Positions 17,621 to 28,100 of a stretch of 64,000 nucleotides of DNA are shown in pieces. Location: NCBI GenBank assembly GCA_045539335.1, contig JAZQFD010000029.1, positions 65,420-129,419 of the forward strand, in the 5' to 3' direction. The notes beneath the pieces were generated by a model. It saw nothing but the letters and a program-made list of their open reading frames with translations. It was not told the origin of the DNA and searched no databases. A program made the position numbers and the translations under genes. The DNA comes from Eubacteriales bacterium (GTDB taxonomy: Bacteria; Bacillota; Clostridia; Oscillospirales; QAKW01). Positions within the stretch are counted from its first letter, which is position 1. Each line of letters begins with the position of its first letter.

Positions 17621-18655
17621 ATGGAATTATGGAAATATTTAAAAAATAATAAAAAACCCCTCGTATTATACGGCACCGGAAACGGTGCGGATCGCATTAT
17701 TGATGAGCTGAATCGACGTGACATCCCCATTCATGGTATTTTTGCCAGTGATGGATTTGTTCGCCATCAAAACTTTCGGGGTTTTACGGTAGGTAGTTAT
17801 GGCGAACTAAAAGAAGAGTTTGGAGAGATGACGGTTCTTCTTTCATTTGGTACCCATCGACCGGATGTAATAGACAATGTATTAAAAATAATGACTGAGC
17901 AAGAGGTGTTTTGTCCGGATGTTCCGGTTGCGGGGGGAGAACTATTTGACGAAGCGTTTCTGGAAAAACATTATAGAGCATTTGAGCAAGTTTACATAAT
18001 GTTGTGTGATGATCAATCCAGAAAGGTATATAAAAATGTTCTTCGTTCGAAGTTGACCGGTGAAATCATGCCGTTGTTGGAATGTGCTTCAGAACCTAAG
18101 GAAGCATATGAACTATTAAGCCTTTCAAGCGATGAGGCTTATCTTGATATCGGCGCATATACCGGAGACACGGTAGAACGTTTTGTTGAATGGACAAACG
18201 GATATTATAAACTGATCCATGCAGTGGAACCTGATCAAAAAAACTACAAAAAACTAATTGAAAATACGAAGCGTTTTCGAGATGTGTTTTGTTATAATTG
18301 TTGTTTGGGAGATCGTATTGGCATGGCAAATTTTTCCATGGATGGCGGACGAAAATCCCGTGCGATATCTGAAGGTGTTTCAGTTGTTGCTGAGACCGTT
18401 GATCATTTGCTTGATGATCAGAAGATTTCATTAATTAAAATGGACGTTGAAGGGATGGAAAAAAGTGTTATTCAAGGGGCGGCAAATATGATTAAACGCC
18501 ATAAACCAAAAATGGATATTGCTGCTTATCATCGAGCAGATGATTTATTTGCCTTACCTTTGCTTCTCAAGAATATTCAGCCGGATTTTCAATTGTATTT
18601 GCGCCGTTTTAGCAGTTTACCTGCATGGGATATGAATTACTATATAAAGTGGTAA
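17621..18655 (+). CDS. FkbM family methyltransferase
   Basis: YLDIGAYTGDT (SAM-binding glycine loop) and IKMDVEGMEKSVIQGA (FkbM signature). I prefer the ATG at 17621 after the GAGG RBS over the GTG at 17615. Confidence 0.75.
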   Translation: MELWKYLKNNKKPLVLYGTGNGADRIIDELNRRDIPIHGIFASDGFVRHQNFRGFTVGSYGELKEEFGEMTVLLSFGTHRPDVIDNVLKIMTEQEVFCPDVPVAGGELFDEAFLEKHYRAFEQVYIMLCDDQSRKVYKNVLRSKLTGEIMPLLECASEPKEAYELLSLSSDEAYLDIGAYTGDTVERFVEWTNGYYKLIHAVEPDQKNYKKLIENTKRFRDVFCYNCCLGDRIGMANFSMDGGRKSRAISEGVSVVAETVDHLLDDQKISLIKMDVEGMEKSVIQGAANMIKRHKPKMDIAAYHRADDLFALPLLLKNIQPDFQLYLRRFSSLPAWDMNYYIKW

Positions 18656-18769
18656 ATGTCATTTTTAAAGTTTACATAATCTATCTGCAAATGATGATTT
18701 TAAATTTGGTCTTTGGTTTCATGCTTTGTGTTCGCGCATATTTTTTATTATTGGTGAATTGGAAAAATA

Positions 18770-18797
18770 TTGACAAAGAACTATAAATTGTTATAAT
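18770..18797 (+). promoter_or_regulatory. Sigma-A promoter of the nagB / phosphohexomutase operon
   Basis: TTGACA, 16-nt spacer, TATAAT, with a TGn extended -10. Confidence 0.6.
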
Positions 18798-18827
18798 TAA
18801 ATTATAAATATTATAGGGGGAAATTCT

Positions 18828-19541
18828 ATGAAAGTCATTGAAACAAACAGTTATTTAGAAACAAGCGCATGTGCTGCTGAGATATTAGCAGAGCAGATTC
18901 GTAACAAACCAAACGCCGTTTTGGGCCTGGCGACTGGTTCTTCTCCTGTTGGGATGTATAAAGAATTGATCCGTATGAACAAGGAAGGCACTCTTGATTT
19001 TTCGAAGATTACTTCTGTGAATTTGGATGAGTATTATGGATTAGCCCCCGAGAATGATCAAAGTTATCGTTATTTTATGAACAACAATTTGTTTGATCAT
19101 GTGAACATCTGCAAAGAGAATACATATGTGCCTGATGGTTTGACAAAAGATCCTGAGGCTGAGTGTGCTGCTTATGATAAGCGAATTGAAGACCTCGGTG
19201 GAATTGATCTTCAGGTTTTGGGAATGGGTTTGAATGGACATGTCGGTTTTAATGAACCTGATGATCATTTCCCTGTCGGTACGCACCTGGTGACCTTGGA
19301 AGAGTCTACCATTATTGCAAATTCTCGTTTCTTTGCTTCTAAGGAAGAAGTGCCTACTCAGGCGCTCAGTATGGGTCTTAAGGGGATTATGACGGCGAAA
19401 AAGATTGTCATGATTGTTCATGGTAAGGCAAAAAAAGAAACCTTGGAAAAGGCTCTTTATGGCCCCGTTACTCCTAAGGTTCCTGCTTCTATTTTACAGT
19501 TACATCCGGATGTAACCGTTGTTTGTAGTTTTAATGAGTGA
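18828..19541 (+). CDS. nagB: Glucosamine-6-phosphate deaminase
   Basis: LGLATGSSPVGMY, NLDEY and GMGLNGHVGFNEP are NagB-family motifs. Confidence 0.88.
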   Translation: MKVIETNSYLETSACAAEILAEQIRNKPNAVLGLATGSSPVGMYKELIRMNKEGTLDFSKITSVNLDEYYGLAPENDQSYRYFMNNNLFDHVNICKENTYVPDGLTKDPEAECAAYDKRIEDLGGIDLQVLGMGLNGHVGFNEPDDHFPVGTHLVTLEESTIIANSRFFASKEEVPTQALSMGLKGIMTAKKIVMIVHGKAKKETLEKALYGPVTPKVPASILQLHPDVTVVCSFNE

Positions 19542-19564
19542 TAATTTTTGGAGGTATTCATAAG

Positions 19565-20974
19565 ATGATTCGTTTCGGTACCGGCGGCTGGCGCGCTGAA
19601 ATTGGTTCTGAGTTTATTAAAGAGAATATTTGCAAGGTCGGACAAGGCGTTTGTGACCTTATGAAAAAGGAAGGGAAGACCGGTAAGCCTGTTATTATTG
19701 GTTATGACCGTCGTTTCTTGTCTAAGGAAGCTGGCATGTGGCTTGCGGAAGTGTTGGCAGGAAACGGTGTTGAGGTTATTTTCTTGCGGCGTAGCGCACC
19801 TACTCCTTTGGTGATGCACACGGTAAAGAATCAAGAACTTTACTATGGCTTGGAAGTAACTGCATCTCATAACCCTTCAATCTACAATGGTATTAAATTG
19901 ATTGTGGAAGAAGGACGTGATGCTGATGTCGACGTCACCAATTTGCTGGAAGAGTTAATTGATGCCGTTAGCGAATATAATTCCGTTTCCTTTGAAGAGG
20001 GAATTGCAAAAAAACTAATAACTTATTGGGAAAATCCCTTCAACGACTTTTTGGATGATATCATCGGCGTTTTGGATGTTGATGCCATTCGTAATCGTGG
20101 TCTTCGTATTCTTTTTGATTCGATGCATGGAAGTGCCACTTATCCTCTGATGACCATTTTCTATACCGCTCGCTGCACCTTGGATCTGATCCACGGTGAT
20201 AAGGATGCTTACTTTGGTGGTATGATGCCCGCACCCACTCAAAGCACTTTGCGTGAGTTGGCCGAGCAGGTGGTTGATGGTGGGTATGATCTTGGTATCG
20301 GCGTTGATGGCGACGGTGATCGTCTTGGTATTATTGATCACAATGGTGCTTATATCAGTGCAAACCAAATCCTGGTCCTTTTGTACTACTACTTGCATGA
20401 ATATAAGGGGTGGAAGGGCCCCGTTGTTCGCAATCTGGCCACAACCCATATGCTGGATGTATTGGCTGAGGATCTGGGTGAGAAGTGCTATGAAGTCCCT
20501 GTTGGATTTAAGTACATTTCGTCTAAGATTGATGAAGTTGATGCAGTTTTAGGCGGTGAGTCCTCCGGTGGTTTGACCGTTCGTGGACACATTCATGGAA
20601 AAGACTCGGTGTACGCTGCATCCCTCTTTGCTGAAATGATCTGTAAAACCGGCAAATCCCCTTGTGAACTTTTTGCTGAATTGGAAAAGAAATACGGTAA
20701 GTTTGAAATGGTTGAGTTTAACTTGCCGTTTGCTCCTGAGGCCAAAGATGAAGTGGTTGGCAAGGTTATGGTTGAGCGGTTACTTCCGGAGTTTGGTCAA
20801 AAAATCAAGTCTGTCAGTTATGAGGACGGCTGTAAGGTACATTTTGAAGATAATTCCTTCGTTATTTGCCGTTTTAGTGGCACAGAACCTTTGCTTCGCA
20901 TTTTTGCTGAAGGAAAGACTGTGGAGCAAGCTCAAGGTTATATTGATGACTGGAAGGCTTTACTCAATCTTTGA
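19565..20974 (+). CDS. Phosphoglucomutase/phosphomannomutase family protein (alpha-D-phosphohexomutase)
   Basis: FGTGGWRA, active-site TASHNP, metal loop GVDGDGDRLG, sugar loop GGESSGG. The start MIRFGT follows a GGAGG RBS. Confidence 0.85.
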   Translation: MIRFGTGGWRAEIGSEFIKENICKVGQGVCDLMKKEGKTGKPVIIGYDRRFLSKEAGMWLAEVLAGNGVEVIFLRRSAPTPLVMHTVKNQELYYGLEVTASHNPSIYNGIKLIVEEGRDADVDVTNLLEELIDAVSEYNSVSFEEGIAKKLITYWENPFNDFLDDIIGVLDVDAIRNRGLRILFDSMHGSATYPLMTIFYTARCTLDLIHGDKDAYFGGMMPAPTQSTLRELAEQVVDGGYDLGIGVDGDGDRLGIIDHNGAYISANQILVLLYYYLHEYKGWKGPVVRNLATTHMLDVLAEDLGEKCYEVPVGFKYISSKIDEVDAVLGGESSGGLTVRGHIHGKDSVYAASLFAEMICKTGKSPCELFAELEKKYGKFEMVEFNLPFAPEAKDEVVGKVMVERLLPEFGQKIKSVSYEDGCKVHFEDNSFVICRFSGTEPLLRIFAEGKTVEQAQGYIDDWKALLNL

Positions 20975-20982
20975 TTTTAATG

Positions 20983-21018
20983 AAAAAGACACCTTGGATT
21001 TCCAAGGTGTCTTTTTTT
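20983..21018. terminator. Bidirectional terminator between the phosphohexomutase gene and hppA
   Basis: Stem gacaccttgga, short loop, stem tccaaggtgtc, with A-run and T-run flanks. Confidence 0.85.
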
Positions 21019-21035
21019 ACATACAATATTCAGAT

Positions 21036-23123
21036 TTAAAAGATACTGAAATTAACAACAAGTGCTGCAAATACGATGGAGACCATAGAGAGCAGTTTAA
21101 TGAGAATGTTGATTGCAGGGCCAGCCGTATCTTTGAAGGGATCACCTACTGTGTCGCCAACGACACCCGCTTTATGTTGATCAGAGCCTTTGCCGCCATG
21201 CTCGCCACTTTCGATATATTTCTTTGCGTTATCCCATGCGCCGCCGGAGTTGGACATGAAGATTGCCATCAGAAATCCGGAAGCAGTTGCGCCGGCCAAC
21301 ATGCCGACAACGCCGGTACAGCCTAAGACAAGACCTAATACAACGGGAACAACAACAGCAACAACAGTGGGGAGGATCATTTCTTTCAAGCTGGATTTTG
21401 TACAAAGATCAACGCAGGAAGCGTAATCGGGATCAGCTTTCCCTTCCATCAGTCCCGTGATGGAGTTGAACTGTCGACGAACTTCCAGCACTACGGACTG
21501 TGCAGCTTTGCCAACAGATTCCATGGTCAAAGCAGCAAAAACAAAGGGTAGACACGCACCGATAAATAAACCGATAAGTACAGTGGGATTCATCAAACTC
21601 AAGTTAGAAACCTTTTCTGCGCCACCAATGGAATGCACCTTATCAATGTAAGAGGCCATAAGTGCAAGCGCAGTCAGTGCCGCAGAACCAATTGCAAAGC
21701 CTTTACCAGTTGCTGCGGTTGTGTTGCCGAGGGAATCAAGGGCATCGGTGCGCTTACGAACCTCGGGTTCTAAACCGGCCATTTCAGCAATGCCGCCTGC
21801 ATTATCGGCAACCGGGCCATAAGCGTCGGTGGCCAGCGTAATACCTAAGGTAGAGAGCATACCGACTGCAGCTAAGGCAATACCGTACAGACCGAGATTT
21901 GTATCTGTGTTGCCGCCGGAAACAAAATAGGATACTAAAACGCAAACTGCAACAATTAATACAGGAAGGGCGGTAGAAAGCATTCCGAGAGATAAGCCGC
22001 CAATAATAATTGTTGCGGAGCCGGTCTCGGATTTTCCGGCCAGTTTTTTGGTGGGATTATAAGAATCAGAAGTGAAATACTCAGTAGATTGACCGATAAG
22101 AACACCGGCAAGTAATCCGGAAAGGATTGCAAAATACATACCAATGTGCTCCTTACCGAGCAGGAACCAAACTAAAGGAATTGCAATGATTGCAATTAAA
22201 ATGGCGCTGAAGTTCGTTCCTCGACTTAGTGCACGAAGGAGACTTTTCTGAGAAGCTCCTTCTTTGGTGCGAACCAAGAATGTACCGAGAATTGAGCAAA
22301 GGATACCGATGCCGGCCATAGCCATGGGCAAAGCGAGGGATTGAATATTGCCGAAGGCGGCAACACCTAAAGCGGAAGCGGAGATGATAGAGCCAACATA
22401 AGATTCATAGAGATCGGCGCCCATGCCGGCTACGTCCCCAACGTTATCACCTACATTATCGGCAATAACGGCGGGATTTCTCGGGTCATCTTCCGGAATG
22501 CCGGCCTCTACTTTACCAACCAAGTCGGCGCCAACATCAGCGGCTTTGGTAAAGATACCGCCGCCCACTCTGGCAAAAAGGGCCATGGAAGAGGCTCCCA
22601 ATCCAAATGTAAGCATGGCACCGGTAATTTCAGCGGGGGAGTACTTCATAATGTACTTCAGTATCATAAACCAAACCGAAATATCAAACAATCCAAGGCC
22701 AACAACGGTAAAGCCCATAACAGAGCCAGCGGAAAAGGCGATACGCAGACCTCGGTTGAGACCCTCACGACAAGCGTTGGCGGTACGGCTGTTTGCGGCG
22801 GTTGCGATTTTCATGCCAACAAATCCGGAAAGTGCCGAGAACACACCGCCGGTAACAAAAGCAAAGGGGACCACCCAATCCAAGAGTTTAAATGCAGCCA
22901 TGATTCCCAATATAAAAAACATGCAAACAAAGAAAACAGCAACAATAGTATATTGACGCTTCAAATATGCATTTGCACCCTTCCGTATTGATTGTGCAAT
23001 TTTCTTCATAAGGTCGGTTCCTTCTGAAAACTTAAGAACCTTTTTTGCAGTGAATACCGCAAAAAGAAGTGCCGCAACAGAGCAGACAAATGTAAGTACA
23101 ACGATGTAATTTTCCAGTTTCAT
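21036..23123 (-). CDS. hppA: Membrane-integral ion-translocating pyrophosphatase (K+-dependent type by motif)
   Basis: 695 aa with about 16 TM segments. Motifs [30 protein letters not shown] (Ala at the position that is Lys in K+-independent enzymes) and [10 protein letters not shown]. Confidence 0.92.
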   Translation of the reverse strand: MKLENYIVVLTFVCSVAALLFAVFTAKKVLKFSEGTDLMKKIAQSIRKGANAYLKRQYTIVAVFFVCMFFILGIMAAFKLLDWVVPFAFVTGGVFSALSGFVGMKIATAANSRTANACREGLNRGLRIAFSAGSVMGFTVVGLGLFDISVWFMILKYIMKYSPAEITGAMLTFGLGASSMALFARVGGGIFTKAADVGADLVGKVEAGIPEDDPRNPAVIADNVGDNVGDVAGMGADLYESYVGSIISASALGVAAFGNIQSLALPMAMAGIGILCSILGTFLVRTKEGASQKSLLRALSRGTNFSAILIAIIAIPLVWFLLGKEHIGMYFAILSGLLAGVLIGQSTEYFTSDSYNPTKKLAGKSETGSATIIIGGLSLGMLSTALPVLIVAVCVLVSYFVSGGNTDTNLGLYGIALAAVGMLSTLGITLATDAYGPVADNAGGIAEMAGLEPEVRKRTDALDSLGNTTAATGKGFAIGSAALTALALMASYIDKVHSIGGAEKVSNLSLMNPTVLIGLFIGACLPFVFAALTMESVGKAAQSVVLEVRRQFNSITGLMEGKADPDYASCVDLCTKSSLKEMILPTVVAVVVPVVLGLVLGCTGVVGMLAGATASGFLMAIFMSNSGGAWDNAKKYIESGEHGGKGSDQHKAGVVGDTVGDPFKDTAGPAINILIKLLSMVSIVFAALVVNFSIF

Positions 23124-23147
23124 TTTGGTTTCCTTTCTCTTTGTTCA

Positions 23148-23208
23148 TGAAAAAATAAAAAAGCGCACAAAAACAAGAAGGATCCGCCCTTCTTAACTTT
23201 TGTGCACT
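23148..23208 (-). terminator. Terminator-like hairpin inside the hppA 5' leader (candidate attenuator)
   Basis: On the minus strand, gtgcacaaaa pairs with ttttgtgcgc (10 bp) and the inner aagaagg pairs with ccttctt (7 bp). A ttttttatttttt tract follows, and the hppA ATG is about 30 nt further on. Confidence 0.55.
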
Positions 23209-23237
23209 CTCAATATCTCATGTGCTTACTTTCATAT

Positions 23238-23265
23238 ATTATATCATCGAAATTAGGTTTGTCAA
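23238..23265 (-). promoter_or_regulatory. Sigma-A promoter for hppA
   Basis: Read on the minus strand: TTGACA, 16-nt spacer, TATAAT, with a TGn extended -10. Confidence 0.6.
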
Positions 23266-23283
23266 TATTTTTTTAATTTACGA

Positions 23284-23311
23284 TTGAATATCCAAAAAAA
23301 TATGATATAAT
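23284..23311 (+). promoter_or_regulatory. Sigma-A promoter for pncB (divergent from hppA)
   Basis: TTGAAT, 16-nt spacer, TATAAT, with a TGn extended -10. Confidence 0.55.
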
Positions 23312-23365
23312 ATCATCATAAAAATTAGGAAGAAATTGTACTTTTTTCCAACTTTAAATTAGAAG

Positions 23366-24817
23366 GTGTTAATTTTGAAAACAGAATTTGAATTAAGTTT
23401 ATTGAATGATTTCTATGAATTTACTATGAGCAATGGTTTATTCAACGAAGGAATGGGCGAGAGAATTGTCTATTTCGATGTTTTCTTTCGCAGAATACCG
23501 GATCGTGGCGGTTATGCAATTTGCTGCGGCTTAGATCAGGTAATTGACTATCTCTCTAATTTATCCTATTCGGAAGAATCGATTGAATTTCTGCGTGAAA
23601 AGCATTTGTTTTCGGAAGGTTTTTTGGATTATTTAAGAAACTTTAAGTTTTCTTGTGATGTTTTTGCGGTTCCGGAGGGGACTCCAGTATTTCCAGGTGA
23701 GCCAATTTTAACGGTCCGTGGACCTGCAATTCAAGCGCAACTTTTGGAAACAATGCTTCTTTTAACATTGAATCATCAAAGCTTAATTGCTACCAAGGCC
23801 TCCCGCATTGTACGTGCTGCCGATGGTCGTGGGGTTAGCGAATTCGGTGCTCGTCGTGCTCATGGCACTGCTGCATCTGTTTTGGGGGCAAGAGCCGCTT
23901 ATATTGCAGGATGTTCCGGAACTTCTAATGCATTGTGCGATAAGCTTTATGGTGTTCCCTGTACCGGTACAATGGCGCATAGCTGGGTACAGAGCTTCCC
24001 GACAGAATACGATGCATTCTACGCTTATGCACAGAATTATCCGAATTCTTGCGTTCTATTAATTGATACTTATAATGTACTGAAATCCGGCTTGCCCAAC
24101 GCAATTAAATGTTTCGATGAGGTGTTGAAGCCCCAAGGGTGCAGACCGATTGCAGTTCGAATTGATTCCGGTGACATTACTTATCTTTCCAAGAAAATTC
24201 GAAAAGTTTTGGATGATTCCGGTTATACAGATTGCAAGATTATGGTTTCCAATTCATTGGATGAATATATCATCCGTGATTGTATTATGCAAGGTGCCAA
24301 GATTGATTTATTTGGTGTAGGGGAGAGGTTGATCACTTCTCGCAGCGAGTCAGTCTTTGGCGGCGTTTATAAATTGGTTGCTGTTGAAGAAGCGGACGGT
24401 ACAATTACACCTAAAATCAAGATATCTGAAAACATTGAAAAGATTACAACGCCCTGCTTCAAGCAATTGTATCGATTCTTTTCCAAGGAAACGGGGATGG
24501 CGATTGCTGATCTGATTACACTACATGATGAGCAAATAGATGAGAATGAGCCCTATACCTTGTTTGATCCTGTTCATACTTGGAAGGAAAAGTTAGTGAC
24601 AGATTATAGGGCAGTTCCTTTACTGAAGCCTATATTTCTAAATGGCAAATTGGTGTATGAGAAGCCTACAACCGGCGAAATCAGGGATTATTCTTTGGAG
24701 CAGGTTGGGTTGCTCTGGGATGAAGTGAAGCGTTTTGAAAATCCACACAAATACTATGTAGATTTCTCGTTAAAGCTGTGGAATATTAAAAATGATTTGT
24801 TAAAAAAGCAGCAATAA
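23366..24817 (+). CDS. pncB: Nicotinate phosphoribosyltransferase
   Basis: LLNDFYEFTM, GTMAHSWVQ (phosphohistidine region) and the 483-aa length. The start could be the GTG at 23366 or the TTG at 23375, both after a GAAGGTG RBS. Confidence 0.85.
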   Translation: MLILKTEFELSLLNDFYEFTMSNGLFNEGMGERIVYFDVFFRRIPDRGGYAICCGLDQVIDYLSNLSYSEESIEFLREKHLFSEGFLDYLRNFKFSCDVFAVPEGTPVFPGEPILTVRGPAIQAQLLETMLLLTLNHQSLIATKASRIVRAADGRGVSEFGARRAHGTAASVLGARAAYIAGCSGTSNALCDKLYGVPCTGTMAHSWVQSFPTEYDAFYAYAQNYPNSCVLLIDTYNVLKSGLPNAIKCFDEVLKPQGCRPIAVRIDSGDITYLSKKIRKVLDDSGYTDCKIMVSNSLDEYIIRDCIMQGAKIDLFGVGERLITSRSESVFGGVYKLVAVEEADGTITPKIKISENIEKITTPCFKQLYRFFSKETGMAIADLITLHDEQIDENEPYTLFDPVHTWKEKLVTDYRAVPLLKPIFLNGKLVYEKPTTGEIRDYSLEQVGLLWDEVKRFENPHKYYVDFSLKLWNIKNDLLKKQQ

Positions 24818-24835
24818 TCGATTCGTCAAGTTTAA

Positions 24836-24876
24836 CAAAAACACCGGTTGAATTTTTTATCAGCCGGTGTTTTTGT
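24836..24876 (+). terminator. Rho-independent terminator after pncB
   Basis: Stem acaccggttg, loop, stem cagccggtgt, then a T-run. Confidence 0.75.
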
Positions 24877-24970
24877 TAATGTTGCACATATGATTATGTA
24901 AACTTCATATTTTTGGCAAGTCATGACCTAGAAAAATTAACAATAAATTCGTAAATTTTTAAAAATATCA

Positions 24971-24999
24971 TTGAAATTATATATATTATATGTTATAAT
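24971..24999 (+). promoter_or_regulatory. Sigma-A promoter of the 12-kb ABC-like operon
   Basis: TTGAAA, 17-nt spacer, TATAAT, with a TGn extended -10. This leaves a leader of about 120 nt before the ATG at 25127. Confidence 0.55.
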
Positions 25000-25126
25000 T
25001 CATCCGATAGTATGGAGAATTGAGGCCAAAAGTGATTTGTGTATTTTGACTAAATTTAACTGTTCGAATTCACAAACATCTAAGTTTTACTTCTACGTAC
25101 GGATCAATCTATTCTGGAGGTAGTTT

Positions 25127-28100
25127 ATGAAAGACAAGAATGTTAGTTCTGTATTACGTTCTTTTCTTGCGGCATTGCTGGTTCTGACAATGGCGTTCAC
25201 CATGACCTTCAGCGTTTTTGCTGATGAAGAGGTTATTGATGACGCTACTGACAGTTCTGCTGCAGAAGATGTTACGTTGGATACAGACGCCCCTGTTAAC
25301 ACAGGCGCTTCCAAGCCTGCCGCAACAGTCACGCCTGAAGGTGGTTCCAACCAATCTTCGGTTTCTGTTGTTGGTTTCTATCGTGAGGGCAGATATGTAG
25401 ACTATTACGCCGAATATCAGGATTATGATAAAAAACTTCCTGAAATCGTAGTAGATGCCGATCTGTTTACCGCTGTAACAGCTCCTCATGAAATTGTTGC
25501 TTCCCATGAAGGTCGCACCAATGCCTTTGTTATGACGGATGTTGGTAGTGTTACATACACCATTACGGTTCAAGAAACCGGCATGTATGCCCTTAAACTT
25601 GACTATATGCCTTTGCTTGGCAATGGTAATGGCAAAAACTACGAGCTGTCGGTTATGATCGATGGTAAACTTCCGCACAACGATTCCGATCGTTTTGTTC
25701 TGAAGCGGAATTGGGCAGATGAGGATGAGGTTCGTCCTCAAGACTCTGCCGGCAACGATCTTTATTCGAAGCAGGTTGAGGAATCCAAATGGCTTTCCAA
25801 GGATGTGCGTGACCCCGACGGTGTATTTGATGATCCTGCTAAGTTTTATTTGACCGCAGGAACTCATACCGTTACCTTGAGCGTTGAAGCCGGCATTCTT
25901 GCTTTGGATATGATTCGTTTTTACAACGATGGCAAGACGATTAGCTACAATGACTACATCGAAATGCATGATGCAGAAGGTGCAACAGATGTCAACAATG
26001 CCTTCCAGCTTGAAATGGAGGATTATGACGATAAGAGCGAATCTTTGGTTCAGCCCGCATACGACCGTAGTGACCCGAAGGTAACTCCTTATAGCATCAG
26101 CAAAACTCGCATGAACGTTGTTGGCGGCGAGAACTGGAATACAAACGGTCAGTCTATTAACTGGACGATTGATGTTCCTGAGAGTGGATACTACACCATC
26201 GGTTTCCGTTATCGTCAGTCTTATGTGGAAGACTCGATCTCCTATCGTAAGATTTTGATTGACGGCAAGCTTCCTTTTGCTGAGGCAAGCCAGGTTGGCT
26301 TTATGTACGGAAGTGGCTTCCAGTACACGAAGGCCAGCGGTGTCGATGAAAACGGTAAAACCTTTGATTATAAGTTCTACTTAGAAGAGGGTACCCACTG
26401 TTTCACCATGGAGGCCGTCATTGGTCCTATGGCCAACGTTGGTCGTGTGGCTGAGGATATCGTTTATCAGCTTAACTATATCTATCGTAAGATTATTATT
26501 GTTACCGGTACCGAACCTGATACCTATCGTGACTATGAGCTGGAGAAGCGTGTTAATGGTCTGATGGATATGTTGAATTCTGTATATGAGAGCGTTAAGG
26601 GAATTCAGGAAGAAGTTATTGCAATCAACGGCTCTCTGGCTTCTGCTACAATCTTAACAACACTGCAGATGCAGCTTGAGGATTTTGTTGCCAAGCCTTA
26701 TGTAATTCCTGATCGTCTTTCCGTATTTAAGGATAACATCAGTTCTCTGAGTTCCTGGATGTTAGATTTACGCAATCAGCCTGTACAAATTGATAAGACA
26801 ATTTTCAATGGTACTGCAGCTAAAGAGGCTCGTCAAACCTCTAGTTTCTTGGAGGGTTTGGCTCATGAGATCCGTGCATTCTGGTCTTCCTTTGTAGATG
26901 ACTATACCACCGTTGGTTCTGCCAATGAAGATGGTCGTACTTTGACTGTTTGGGTTGGTACTGGTCGTGACCAGGCAATGGTTCTGAAAACTCTTTGCGA
27001 TAACTATTTCACCAAAGATACCGGAATCTCCGTTAATGTCTCTCTTGTACCTCTTTCTATACTTTCTAAAGCAATTGTTGCAAATCGTGGTCCTGATATC
27101 GCACTGCACGTATCTCGTTCTGAGCCTATGAACTTGGGTGTAAGAAATGCGGTATATGATATTAGTCAGTTTGAAGACTTTGATGAGGTTGCTACTCGTT
27201 TTACCAAGTATGCTTTGACTCCTTATACCTTGAGCACAACCGATTCCAATGGTAATGCAATTCAAAGGGTATTTGCTTTACCTGAGACCCAAAATTTCGA
27301 CATGTTGTTCTACCGTACGGATATCTTTGCTGAGTTGGGCATTCAGGTTCCCAACACCTGGGATGATCTTGATAACATCTTGCCTTATATTCAGGCAAAC
27401 AACATGACAGTTGGTTTGGACACCAACCTGGGCGGCGGTACGTTCTTCTCCTTGATTTTGCAAGGTGGTCACACTCCTTATAGAGAAGATGGTGCTGTTA
27501 CCAACTTTACCCAGCAATATGCGATCGACGCTTTTGAAAAGTGGACTCGCTACTATCTCCAATACGATCTTCCCACTGACTATAGCTGGTATAGCCGTTT
27601 CCGTAATGGTGAGATGCCTTTGGTAAGTACCAGTTATTCCAACATTACCTATCTGCAGGAGTCTGCTCCTGAGTTGAACGGTCTTTGGTCTGTGGCACCC
27701 ATTCCGGGTACTCTGGATCCCGATACCGGTCTTGTAAATCACGCCGAAGAATCCACTGGCATGAGTGGTGCGATGATCGTTTCTAAGACCATCAAGAGTG
27801 CTAAGAATCCCGAGCAGCAGCTAGAAGATGCTTGGACATTTATGAAGTGGTGGACGTCTGCTGAGATTGCCGGTGAATATGGTAACCGTATTGAGATGGC
27901 GATCGGCTCTGTTGCGAGATATACCACTGCAAACATTGAGGCTTTTGAAAAGATTAAGTGGACTACTGAAGAGGCTGCGATCATTAAAGAGCAGCGTCAG
28001 TGGATTCGTGAGAATCCCGAGTTGGTTGGTGGCTACTATGTGGGCCGTAACATTATTAATGCATTCCGTAATGTTACCAACAAACACACCAATCCTCGTG

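Noticed and set aside
20664-21326. A 220-aa plus-strand ORF spanning the phosphohexomutase 3' end, the intergenic terminator and the hppA 3' end
   Set aside because: It runs through a strong bidirectional terminator hairpin, and it overlaps two confidently assigned genes in alternative frames or on the opposite strand.
25036-25076. An inverted repeat (tttgtg ... cacaaa around a ttcgaa core) in the ~120-nt leader of the ABC-like operon, considered as an operator or riboswitch stem
   Set aside because: The arms are only 6 bp and are separated by about 30 nt. No regulator gene is present in the locus, and the repeat matches no operator or cre consensus I know. It is too weak to call.
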